Source of the DNA: Octopus sinensis
Taxonomy: Eukaryota
Reading direction: 5' to 3'
Assembly (NCBI RefSeq): GCF_006345805.1
Contig: NC_042999.1
Location: 107,756,001 to 107,820,000, forward strand
Length of the DNA stretch: 64,000 nucleotides
The notes below the pieces were generated by a model, which was given only the letters and a program-made list of their open reading frames with translations, did not search any database and had not been told where the DNA came from. Below are positions 26,245 through 37,094 of this stretch, in pieces. Both the position numbers and the translations under genes were made by a program. How positions within the stretch are numbered: position 1 is the first letter of the stretch; each line of letters opens with the position of its first letter.

Positions 26245-26410
26245 GTGGGGGAATTTGAATTTGTACAGTGATTTCCATGTACAAGGGGGTACCTAAAAGA
26301 AATTGAAATTTTGCAATATCATTTTATTCAGTTATACATGTTTACACTCTTATCACCCTCAAATTATTCTTCATTTGAAGCAATGCATCAGTCCAGACAC
26401 GTTTTCCACA
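26245..26410 (+). CDS. Candidate exon pair 26245-26267 and 26332-26410 (VGEFEFVH/YTCLHSYHPQIILHLKQCISPDTFST), 64-nt intron
   Basis: Acceptors cttttgctttcag and cattttattcag. Donors ca/gtgatt and aca/gtttga are only moderate. Confidence 0.3.
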
Positions 26411-26416
26411 GTTTGA

Positions 26417-27760
26417 AGCAACAAGTATAGTGAAGAATTCTGAGTAGAAGTTGGGGTTCACCAAGGATCAGTCCTCAGCCCCCTCTTATTCATTATAGTT
26501 CTCCAGGCAATAACAGAGGAATTTAAGACAAGCTGCCCCTGGGAGCTCCTCTATGCTGATGACCTTGCCCTAATAGCCAAGTCAATGCCAGAACTAGAGA
26601 TGAAGTTTAGGTGTGGAAGCAAGGTCTAGAATCGAAGGGTTTTAGGGTTAACCTAGCAAAAGCCAAAGTCTTAGTAAGTAGGAAGGCTGTCAAATCACAA
26701 TCCCCTTCAGGTAGAAAACATGTGGGTAGACACTCCATATGATGTACCCTGTGTAAGCTATGGACACATAAAAGGTGCAGCAATATCAAAGGGAGGTTAA
26801 CCAGGGAAATAGCTTTTGCGTGGCAAATGCACAGGGGCAATAAACACTGAGGATATACAGAAAACAGATTCCATCACATGCCAGGGGAAGAAACTAGAAG
26901 TAGTTAACAGCTTCCACTACCTAGTCTGTAGTTGGGGTGGTTGTTCTGAGAGTGTAGCAACTAGCATAAGAATAGCTTGGGCAAAGTTCAAGAAGCTCCT
27001 ACCTCTGCTGGCAACTAAGGGCCTCTCACTCAGGACAAAAGGTAGACTGTATGATACATATGGATGAGGACAGTTGTGTAAGGAAGTGCCATTCCCTAAC
27101 TATGGAAGGAACCTGTGGATGAGGTAGACTCAGGAAGACATGGGATGAGGTGGTGAAGCATGACCTTCGAACACTGGGCCTCACAGAGGCAATGACAGGA
27201 GACTGAGACCTTTGGAGATATGCTGTGATTGAGAAGACCTGGTAACTAAAGTGAAATCGCAGCCACACATGTCCAGCCCAGTTAAGAGTACTCCTGATGC
27301 ATCAGGCAATATGATATGCTTGAGAAGACCTGCTGAGTCAAGTAAAACCAATATCTTAGCTGCAGTCAGAGCCCCATGACTGGCTCCCGTGCCAGTGGCA
27401 TGTAAAATGTACCATCTGAACGTGGTCAATGCCAGGACCACTTGACTGGCTCCTATGCCAGTGGCACATAAAAAGCACCATCCGAACGTGGCCGATGCCA
27501 GTTGCCCCTGACCACCCTCTGTGCTGGTGGCATGTAAAGAGCACTATCCAAACGTGATCAATGCCAGGCCTGCCTAACTGGCTCCTGTCCTAGTGGCATG
27601 TAAAAAGCACCCACTACCCTGTTGGAGTGGTTGGCGTTAGGAAGGCCATCCAGCTGTAGAAACATTGCCAGATCAGACTGGACCCTGGTGCTCCAGACCT
27701 CAATCAAACCATCCAACCCATGCCACCATGGAAAATGGATGTTAAATGATGATGATGATG
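26417..27760 (+). mobile_element. Intermediate-age 5'-truncated RTE copy (RT YADD, PHD remnant, internal deletions, short 3' UTR, (GAT)n tail)
   Basis: Collinear with 29005-30091 ([28 protein letters not shown]). Followed by a variant UTR and a (GAT)n/(TAT)n tail. Confidence 0.92.
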
Positions 27761-27772
27761 ATGTTGATGATG

Positions 27773-27822
<50 letters not shown>

Positions 27823-28169
27823 TATAATATTCATCATCATCGTCATCATCTTCATTATTATTTGTGTTATTATTATTATTATTGGTGTTTTCATTGTAAA
27901 TATTTTTTGAGGCTATTTACTTAACCTTATTCTCCATTATTGTTACTAAAGCTAATAATGTTGTTGTCATTGTTGCTGATATAATAAATTTATTCCATTA
28001 TTTACTTTGCTTAGTTGGATCTATCTTTCATTGTTTGGTTTAAATCATAACCTTATAAATAATTGTATCACATAACCACAAATTAGTTAGCAGATGATTT
28101 AAAAACAAAAATAGAATAAAAAACATATATACATACATATATATATATCTATCTAGATCTCTCTCTCTC

Positions 28170-28233
<64 letters not shown>

Positions 28234-28290
28234 TATATATAAATACATATATATACATATATACATATATACATATATATATATATATAT

Positions 28291-31200
28291 TCGCAAGGAT
28301 GACGGTTCACTTGCGCTTAATGAGGATGCAAAGAGAGAGGCTTGGAGACGCCACTATGATAGGTTGCTGAATGAAGAAAATGAATGGGATAAAGAGAGTC
28401 TGCCGAATGTCGACCCAACAGAGGGACCAGCAATCCGAGTTAACAGTTCCTTAGTAGATAAGGCAATTAGAAGCATGAAAACAGGGAAAGCCCCAGGCCC
28501 ATCAGGAATTACTGCAGAGATGCTCAAAATATCTGGTGGTGTCGGCTATAGCTTAGTCACCCGTATAGTTAACCAGGTGATACACGAGGGGGTCATACCC
28601 AATGACTGGTGTAGCAGCATAATAGTCAACTGCTACAAAGGTAAAGGCGACGCCCTAGAGACAAATAACTACAGGGGCATCAAGCTGCTGGATCAGGTAA
28701 TGAAGGTTACGGAGAGGGTTATAGCCCAACTAATTAGAGAGAGAGTTAGCTTAGATGATATGCAGTTTGGGTTCGTACCAGGGAAAAGCACTACTGATGC
28801 TATATTCCTGGTAAGACAGCTGCAGGAGAAATACCTAGCCAAAGATAAGCCCTTGTACCTGGCTTTTGTTGACTTGGAGAAAGCCTTTGACAGGGTCCCC
28901 CGATCCCTTATCTGGTGGTCAATGAGGAAACTAGGGATAGAAGAATGGTTGGTGAGAGCTGTTCAAGCCATGTACAGAGACGCTGCTAGTAAGGTGAGGG
29001 TTGGCAACGAGTACAGTGAAGAATTCCGGGTAGAGGTTGGGGTCCACCAAGGTTCAGTCCTCAGTCCCCTCCTATTTATCATAGTCCTCCAGGCAATAAC
29101 GGAGGAATTCAAGACAGGTTGCCCCTGGGAGCTCCTCTATGCTGATGACCTTGCTCTAATTGCTGAGTCACTATCAGAAATGGAGGAGAAGTTTCAGGTG
29201 TGGAAACAAGGATTAGAATCGAAGGGCCTTAGAATCAACCTAGCCAAAACCAAAGTCCTAATAAGTAGGAAGGTAGATCAATCACAAACGCCTTCAGGTA
29301 GATGGCCCTGCTCGATCTGTAAAAAAGGTGTAGGTAGAAACTCTATAAGATGCACCAAGTGTAAGCTATGGACACATAAGAGGTGCAGCAATGTCAAAGG
29401 AAGGCTAACTAGGAAAATAGTTTTTGTCTGTGGCAAATGCTCAGGAGCAATAAACACTGGAAATGTGCAGAGACCAACTTCTGCCACGTTCCAAGGAGAC
29501 AAACTAGAAGTAGTTGATAGCTTCCGCTACCTAGGAGACCAAGTCAGTAGCGGGGGTGGGTGTGCTGAAAGTGTAACTGCTAGAGTAAGAATAGCCTGGG
29601 CAAAGTTTAGAGAGCTCTTACCCCTGCTGGTGACAAAAGGCCTCTCGCTCAGAGTAAAAGGCAGACTGTATGATGCATGTGTACATACAGCCATGCTACA
29701 TGGTAGTGAAACATGGGCCGTGACTGCTGAGGATATGCGTAAGCTCGCAAGAAATGAAGCCAGTATGCTCCGATGGATGTGTAATGTCAGTGTTCATAAT
29801 CGTCAGAGTGTAAGTTCCTTGAGAGAAAAGTTGAACCTAAGAAGCGTCAGTTGTGGTGTGCAAGAGAGACGGCTGCGCTGGTATGGTCATGTGACGAGAA
29901 AGGCTGAAGATAGTTGTGTGCAAAAGTGCTACACCCTAGCAGTTGAGGGAACCTGTGGAAGAGGTAGACCCAGGAAAACCTGGGACGAGGTGGTGAAGCA
30001 CGACCTTCGAACTTTAGGTCTCACTAAGGAAATGTCTAGAGACCAAGACCTATGGAAGTATGCTGTGCGTGAGAAGACCCGGCAAGACTAGTCAGGCCAT
30101 GGGACGTAGTCAGTCCTCCTGTGCATACCTTCCTTCTTGTGACACTTATGAAGACCTGTTGAGGCAAGTGAAAATCAAATCAAAACAAATCAAAACAGAT
30201 GAACATCAGTGGAATTGTATTCTTTGTGGTACCAGTGCCGGTGGCACATAAGAAAACCACCCAAACGTGGCCGTAGCCAGTACCGCATCGACTGGCCTCC
30301 GTGCTGTGGACACAACAAACATCATCCGATCGTGGCCATTCGCCAGCCTCATCTGGCACCTGTGTCGGTGGCACATAAAGATACCATCCGAAGACCCGGC
30401 GACGTAGTCAGTCCACCTGTGCATACCTTCCCTCTTATGACACTTGTGAAGACCTGTTGAGGCAAGTGTGTGACACTTGTGAAGACCTGTTGAGGCAGAG
30501 GCAAGTGTGTGACACTTGTGGAGACCTGTTGAGGCAAGTGTGTGATACTTGTGAAGACCTGTTGAGGCAAGTGAAAATGAAACCAAATCAAAATAGATGA
30601 ACATCAATGGAATTTGTATCTTTGTGGTTCCAGTACCGGTGGCACACAAGAAAACCATCCGAACGTGGCCGTAGCCAGTACTGCATCGACTGGCCTCCGT
30701 GCTGTGGGCACAACAAACACCATCTGATCGTGGCCGTTCGCCAGCCTCATCTGGCACCTGTGTCGGTGGCACATAAAAACACCATCCGAAGACCCGGCGA
30801 CGTAGTCAGTCCACCTGTGCATACCTTCCCTCTTATGACACTTGTGAAGACCTGTTGAGGCAAGTGTGTGACACTTGTGTAGACCTGTTGAGGCAAGTGA
30901 AAATCAAATCAAATCAAATCAATCCAAATCAAAATAGATGAACATCAATGGAATTTGTATCTTGTGGTACCAGTACCGGTGGCACACAAGAAAACCATCC
31001 GAACGTGGCCGTAGCCAGTACCGCATCGACTGGCCTCTGTGATGTGGGCACATAACAAACACCATCCGATCGTGGCCGTTCGCCAGCCTCATCTGGCACC
31101 TGTGTCGGTGGCACATAAAAACACCAACCGAAGACCCGGCAAGACTAGTCAGGCCATAACCCGTGGCCCCTACTTGGGACGTAGTCAGTCCACCTGTGCA

Positions 31201-31762
31201 TACCTTCCTTCCTTCTTGTGACACTTGTGAAGACCTGTGAAGACCTGTTGAGGCAAGTGAAAATCAAATCAAATCAAATCAAATAGATGAACATCAATGG
31301 AACTTGTATCTTTGTGGAACCAGTGCCGGTGGCACACAAGAAAACCATCCGAACGTGGCCGTAGCCAGTACCGCATCGACTGGCCTCCGTGCTGTGGGCA
31401 CGTAACAAACACCATCCGATCGTGGCCGTTCGCCAGCCTCATCTGGCACCTGTGTCGGTGGCACATAAAAACACCATCCGAGCGTGGCCGTCTGCCAGCC
31501 TCGTCTGGCACCTGTGTCGGTGGCACATAAAAACACCATCCGAGCGTGGCCGTTCGCCAGCCTCGTCTGGCACCTGTGTCGGTGGCACATAAAATCCCCC
31601 ACTACACTCTCGGAGCGGTTGGCGTTAGGAAGGGCATCCAGCTGTAGAAACACTGCCAGATCTGACTGGCCTGGTGCAGCCTTCGGGCTCCCCAGACCCC
31701 AGTTGAACCGTCCAACCCATGCTAGCATGGAAAACGGACGCTAAATGATGATGATGATGATG

Positions 31763-31765
<3 letters not shown>
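28291..31765 (+). mobile_element. Young 5'-truncated RTE-clade LINE with RT, PHD finger and an expanded tandem 3' UTR; inserted in (TA)n
   Basis: Uninterrupted ORF, 1.65-kb repeat-built UTR, (GAT)n tail and atatatat on both flanks. Confidence 0.95.
28292..30091 (+). CDS. RTE ORF2 fragment: reverse transcriptase with an inserted PHD-type (C4HC3) zinc finger; APE endonuclease missing
   Basis: RT motifs [54 protein letters not shown] and GRGRPRKTW. 599 open codons. The first 21 residues of the track ORF are microsatellite. Confidence 0.95.
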   Translation, partial: RKDDGSLALNEDAKREAWRRHYDRLLNEENEWDKESLPNVDPTEGPAIRVNSSLVDKAIRSMKTGKAPGPSGITAEMLKISGGVGYSLVTRIVNQVIHEGVIPNDWCSSIIVNCYKGKGDALETNNYRGIKLLDQVMKVTERVIAQLIRERVSLDDMQFGFVPGKSTTDAIFLVRQLQEKYLAKDKPLYLAFVDLEKAFDRVPRSLIWWSMRKLGIEEWLVRAVQAMYRDAASKVRVGNEYSEEFRVEVGVHQGSVLSPLLFIIVLQAITEEFKTGCPWELLYADDLALIAESLSEMEEKFQVWKQGLESKGLRINLAKTKVLISRKVDQSQTPSGRWPCSICKKGVGRNSIRCTKCKLWTHKRCSNVKGRLTRKIVFVCGKCSGAINTGNVQRPTSATFQGDKLEVVDSFRYLGDQVSSGGGCAESVTARVRIAWAKFRELLPLLVTKGLSLRVKGRLYDACVHTAMLHGSETWAVTAEDMRKLARNEASMLRWMCNVSVHNRQSVSSLREKLNLRSVSCGVQERRLRWYGHVTRKAEDSCVQKCYTLAVEGTCGRGRPRKTWDEVVKHDLRTLGLTKEMSRDQDLWKYAVREKTRQD

Positions 31766-31799
<34 letters not shown>

Positions 31800-31958
31800 T
31801 GCACATATATAAAAGAAGAAAACACACACAATTCAGCATTATAGCCCTGTCTGCAACATCTGCTGAAAATGTTAATAGTGTGGAATAATTCTTTCTATCA
31901 GCTTTCATTTAGTTTGCCATTTTAGATAAAGGACAAAAGTAATAATAATAATAATAAT

Positions 31959-31999
<41 letters not shown>

Positions 32000-32122
32000 C
32001 AACAATAATAGAAAAAGCAAATAAGGAAATTTTGATTTTGTTTTTGAAATTATTATCAAGATGATAATGAGTTCATAATATATGTGTTCCTGTTGTGGCC
32101 CCATTTCAACAAATTCTATTAG

Positions 32123-32202
32123 CACCAATAACAATGAAATTGTGTTCAGCAAAAAATATAAATGCATGTGCAAGAAGACAATCATCAATGTCAGAAACAG
32201 AG
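32123..32202 (+). CDS. Candidate exon (xPITMKLCSAKNINACARRQSSMSETE; a second frame is also open)
   Basis: Acceptor aaattctattag (alternative at 32149) and donor gag/gtttgt. A strong acceptor 60 nt later (32262) is followed quickly by stops. Confidence 0.3.
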
Positions 32203-32473
32203 GTTTGTATGGAAACTAGCTACAATACTCCTGCCTGCTGATATTGGATAGTTTCTCTTCAGTGAAATGAGGAATATATTACAATGATATGTAGTGGTGT
32301 GCTATTTATCCACTTGCAAGACACCAAAGAAATAAATAATTTTGTATCTCACTTTTTTCGTTTTTCTTTTTTTTGCCGTATTAATATGCATTTAAAACCT
32401 TTAGACGAGAGATGTCGAGTTGTTGAGTTTCACAGTCACTGATGATCTGTTCCCATAATATTATCTAATAGGC

Positions 32474-32806
32474 ACAGGTGTGGCTGTGTGGTAAGAAAGT
32501 TTCTTCCCAACCACATGGTTCCAGGTTCAGTCCCACTGCATTGTACCTTGGGTAAGTGTCTTCTACTATAGCCTTGTGAGTGGGTTCAATACACAGAAAT
32601 TGAAAGATGCTTGTGTGTGTGTATGTATGTATGTACGCATGTATGTATGTATGTATGTATGTATGTATGTATGTATGTATGTATGTATGTATGTGTGTAT
32701 GTATGTATGTATGTATGTATGTATGTGTGTATGTATGTATGTATGTATGTATGTGTGTATGTATGTATGCGTGTATGTATGTATGCGTGTATGTATGTAT
32801 ATGTAT
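32474..32806 (+). mobile_element. SINE family A 5' half whose internal microsatellite is expanded to a long (TATG)n array
   Basis: ggcacaggtgtggctgtgtggtaag..gaaattgaaagatgc, then (TATG)n at about 32620-32806. Confidence 0.8.
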
Positions 32807-32814
32807 ATATACAC

Positions 32815-33652
32815 ACTATATTTTTGGTCACATAAGGCACACCCCAATTTTGGAAAGCCTAATCTGCCAAAAAAAAAAAGCCACCAACCCCAGCTCCCCT
32901 AGTTGAATGTCTCACACATTTTGTGTATAGGAACCATGAAAATTTTGACCAGTGCCCTTTGGTAAGCTATTATACAAGGGGTGTTCATTAAAGATTTCCT
33001 CTGACCTACTTCCCAAGGACTGGGATAAACAAAACTTGGCATAATTAGTCCTTCTCCACGATGACACACTTCTCCCATTGCTTTATGCAGCTGTGAAGAC
33101 CTCATCTGTAGAAGTCAGTAGATTGCGTCTGGAACCAAGAAATAAGTTCATCATCATCCGAAAAGTGCTTCTGCTTCAAAAAAGACTTCATTGTTGGAAA
33201 GAGGTAGAAGTCAGATGGAGCAAGGTCAGGAGAGTAAGGGAGATAAGGAAGGATTTCATAGCTGCAGGAGTGTGCTTTCATCTGGGCAACATGCACATTG
33301 TGAACTGGGGCATTGTCTTGGAGGAGACAGATTCCTTTGCCTGACATGTCACACCTCTCTGCTTTGATGGTGACCCTCAATTTCTGAAGCAGAGAAGCGT
33401 AATATATCTTGTTAAGTCTGGTGCCCTTTCCCAGAAAATCCATCATCACTATTCTGTGCTGGTCCCAAACAACTGTTAGTATCACCTTGCCTGCTGAAGG
33501 TTGGACACAAGGGTTGTCACCAGTACTGTCTATCATTAATAATATTAACCAAGTCTACCCAATGCCTGACCTTCAGAATATAAGGCACAGAGGAACTTTT
33601 GTGGGAAATTTCAGGGTAAAAAAGTATACTCTATATGCTGGAAAATATGGTA
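32815..33652. mobile_element. Degenerate pogo/Tigger-like termini enclosing the mariner remnant
   Basis: Left actatatttttggtcacataaggcac and right (rc) taccatattttccagcatatagag resemble TACCGTATTTTCC-type TIRs. About two-thirds identical by eye. Confidence 0.4.
32971..33520 (-). mobile_element. Mariner (D,D34D-type) transposase remnant with one TIR
   Basis: SAGKVILTVVWD, LLQDNAPVH, PYSPDLAPSDFYLF, C-terminal QWEKCV. TIR-like tacaaggggtgttcattaaag after TA at 32971. Confidence 0.9.
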
Positions 33653-34229
33653 TATACACTCGAAATGAGGAGTAGATAGACAGCCAACAGCTGATGAAGG
33701 GTCGTTCTTTGTGTTACTTGTCCTGTTTGCGTATTGAACTCATTTGTTTTTGCATTTCATGTTGTTTACTGTTGATTTTACGCGGCACAGCATGGATGCT
33801 TTTATGTGACGCTGCACATGTGCTCATCTGTGGCACCACATGGGTGCTGCCATGAGTGCTTTACATCACCAGAGGGATCAAGTTTAAGACTTCTGCTGTG
33901 GGGTACTGCAATGTAGTCAATCCATCATTCCACCAATTCTACCAACTTAGTTTTCTATTCACAATAACAACAACAATAATAATAATATTTTCTATTATAG
34001 ATAAAAGTCCTGACATTTGGTGGGGTGGGAGGGCAATTGATTACATCAACCTCAGTGCTCAACTGTTACTTATTTTATTGACCCCAGAAGGATGATACGT
34101 AAAGTCGACCAAAGCAGAATTTGAACTCAGAATATAAAGACAGATGAAATGACACTAAGCATTTTAATCAGACTGCTAATGATTTTGCCTGCTCACAGCC
34201 TTCATAATAATAATGATAATAATAAATTT

Positions 34230-35035
34230 GAATGTCAAGACAGATACAGAAGACCGTTGGCTATGAAGATAGACACAGAAGCACTTATATGCACAGCTCA
34301 AGAACAAGCGTCAAGGACTGACTATGTGAAGTGCAGAATCAACAACACGACTGACAACGACAAACCCAGAATGTGTGGTGAGAGGAGTGAAACAGCATGG
34401 TACATCATTAATGAATACTTGAAATTGGCACAATACAAATACAAAAGATGACATGACAGCATGACAAGAATGATCCATTGGGAGCTCTGTGGTAATCATG
34501 GCCTACAAAGAACACAGATGTGGTATGAGAAAACCCCAGAAGGAGTCACTGAGAATGAAAATTGCAAAATCCTGTGGGATGCAATGATTCAGTGCAATCA
34601 CCTGACCAGACATCAGAAACTGGACATTGCCTGTGGTGAATGACAAAAAAAAAACATGTATGATAATTGACATAGCATGCCCCTGTGTCAACAGAATCAA
34701 TGAGTATGGAGAAAAAATAAAGAACTCTGATGATTTGAAGTGGGAAATATGAAGGTTGTGGTTAATGAGGAAAACAGACATGATACCAATAGTAATTGAC
34801 ACACTTGGAAGTATCAGCACTCAACTACCAACATGGCTCAAAAAGACTGGCACAAATGTAAAGGTAGAACACCTACAAAAATCAGCATTCCTCAGAACTG
34901 CAAGAATTCTTCACAGGGTTCTTGAAGCATGGCCATTAAATAAGTGTCACCTTTATCTGCTGGCTGCGGACAGCTGACACTTTCCATCATACCCAGCAAA
35001 ATAAACTGTGAGTTTTCACCAAATAATAATACTAA
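34230..35035 (+). mobile_element. R4/Dong-clade non-LTR remnant (CCHC and RLE) flanked by (AAT)n-like sequence
   Basis: TEALICTAQEQA..RMCGERSETAWYII..HDSMTRMIHWELC..WYEKTPEGVTENENCKILWD..IPIVIDTLG..LQKSAFLRTARILHRVL. Confidence 0.85.
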
Positions 35036-35039
35036 TAAT

Positions 35040-36050
35040 CCTTTCTAATATAGGCACAAAGCCTACAATGTTGTGGGAGGGGCTACTCAATTACATCACC
35101 TCCAGTGCCTAACTGGTACACATTTTATTGACCCTAAAAAGGTGAAAGGGAAAGTTAACTTGAGTGGCATTTGAACTCAGAAGAAATGTCACAAACATTT
35201 TGTCTGGCATGGTAACAATTCTGCCAGTTCACTGACATATTTTTAATGATGATGATGATGATGATAAGGATAAAGACAATTTTTAACACAGGCACCCATA
35301 ATTTGTGTGAAAGTCGGTATAGTTATTTTAGAGTGTTATGCAACCTTTTCTCTATCATGGCCCTCAATATTGTGTTATATTACCCATAGCCTACCCAATG
35401 TCAATTATATAAGACCAAAATTCAATAATAATTTTTAAAAATGCAGCAAGTAATATACAGATTGGTATATTATTGATATTGCTTTTAGTACAGAAGGCAA
35501 AATATCTTGCAATATTTGTTCTAGTTTGGACAGCAAGCTGGCAGAGTCATTAGCATACTGGACAAGCATTTTGTCCGTCTTTATGTTCTGAGTTCAAATT
35601 CCACCAAGATTAACTTTGGCTTTTCTCCTGTCAGGGTTGATGAAATAAGTACCAGTTGAACACTGGGATTAATATAATCAACTTGCCCCACCCACAAAAT
35701 TGCTGGCCTTGTGCCAAGATTTGAAGCCAGTATTTGTTCTAGTTAGGACAAGCTGGCAGAATCATTAGCATGCCAGATAAAATGCTTAATGGCAGCTTTA
35801 TCTTCTGAGTCCAAATATCGCCAAGTTTGAGTTTACCTTTTATCTTTTGGGGGTTGATAAAATAAGTACCAGTTGAATACTGAGGAAGGAGTCAATGTAA
35901 TTGACTTTGTGCCAATGATAGAAAAACCAAAATATTTGCCATGGTTCTCTGTGTTCTGAGTTAAACTCCTGTGAAGGTCAACATTGCCTTTCAATGTTTC
36001 AGGGTTATTTAGAATACTGATCCAGGGTGGGTAGATTGACAGAATTTGCA
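35040..36050. mobile_element. SINE family C cluster (minus 35040-35230; plus 35535-35730, 35745-35900, 35950-36050)
   Basis: Repeated head, B-box and central motifs. Confidence 0.75.
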
Positions 36051-36131
36051 ATATTTGTTTCAGCCCTTTGCATTCTTAGTTCTTAGTAGGTAAACTGAAT
36101 TTGTCACAATCACCTGGTTTTACATCATCAC

Positions 36132-36235
36132 CTGGTCCTTGGATGCCTTTAAGGAAGGTCGTTCTGTTACAAATATTCAAGCTAAGACTCTGATTTGAAG
36201 ATAACTTCCTCTGTTTCTCAGCAATTTCTAAGATC
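36132..36235 (-). CDS. Candidate minus-strand exon (xILEIAEKQRKLSSNQSLSLNICNRTTFLKGIQGPx)
   Basis: Acceptor gttccttttttccag, donor ccag/gtgatg, 34 open codons. Confidence 0.3.
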
Positions 36236-36395
36236 CTGGAAAAAAGGAACATGGGTACTGCACTTTCTTCTCAGAATAATGTTTGGTGGCTTCCTTTTTC
36301 TCTGGTGTCTAGCATGCAAGGTGTTATGACGGATTTTCCTTATTCCTTGATATACAGATTTTGCCATGCAGCCCTAAAAATTTTGTGTAGCTCAC

Positions 36396-36480
36396 TTCTG
36401 GATCATACAATCCACCTTGTATTGTAGTTGATTATCGTATTTGCCAGAGCATAAGACATATTCTCACATATGACAAACCT
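36396..36480 (-). other. Candidate minus-strand exon, mostly UTR, with ATG ATC CAG AA at its end
   Basis: Acceptor ttttcacaatttgtag and donor gaa/gtgagc. All three frames are closed upstream. The late ATG is in phase with 36132-36235. Confidence 0.3.
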
Positions 36481-36994
36481 CTACAAATTGTGAAAAAAGA
36501 AAAACAAATTTAATGTTTCATCTTACATTCAAACACTTGTTATCTCATACATAATACAGTTGCATTATATGCATGGCAATTCTTTGTTAGATTTCAGAAT
36601 AAAAAAAATTGCACATCCTGTATACTGATAAATAATGGTAGAACATGCCTAGTGCTTGAGTGGTACTAATTTCATCAAACTGGAAATATAAAAGGCAAAG
36701 ATATATAATAACTAAATAGCTAAAGATATTTCATCCAACTATCTCCTGATTCTTCCATGCCAGCTTCATGGATGTTAAATTTCAGCTTATCAGAATCTCT
36801 CCCTAATCTGCAATTCTATCTGCAGTCCATAATGAGTATCTTGAGTGGTTAAAGAACAATATTTATGGCAGAATAGTCATGGTGAATATTGGAAATACAA
36901 GGAAACAAGCTTGCGAGAAAAAGCATTGGAATAATTCGCAAAAGCAAATTAAGTAGATTTTATCTGCTGTCCTAAACAGCTGTATTTGTTACAG

Positions 36995-37094
36995 ATTGCC
37001 TACTAGAAATCTGGTTATAACCCCTTCCCACTTGCCCATTGTTGGTAATGATATTACTGGCCTTCACAAGAATTTAGTAATGGATCCAGTATGA
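36995..37094 (+). CDS. Candidate terminal coding exon (xLPTRNLVITPSHLPIVGNDITGLHKNLVMDPV*)
   Basis: Acceptor tgtatttgttacag, single open frame, TGA at 37092-37094 and AATAAA at 37119-37124. Confidence 0.4.

Noticed and set aside
28229-28291. N-terminus of the 620-aa ORF as a real start
   Set aside because: It is (TA)/(TACA) microsatellite. The element is 5'-truncated at about 28291, so the ORF lacks its own promoter and endonuclease.
30440-30570. CTGTTGAGGCAAGTGAAA in the RTE UTR as a hammerhead/retrozyme core
   Set aside because: The core has U where the conserved A of CUGANGA is required, stem II is essentially absent, and no stem I or III partners were found.
30180-31744. Many overlapping Cys/His-rich ORFs (MPPTQVPDEAG.., MCHRHRCQ..)
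   Set aside because: They are open frames in the stop-poor tandem UTR units, with no splice or domain support.
32566-32906. MYVC/HTYI repeat ORFs
   Set aside because: They are translations of (TATG)n inside a SINE.
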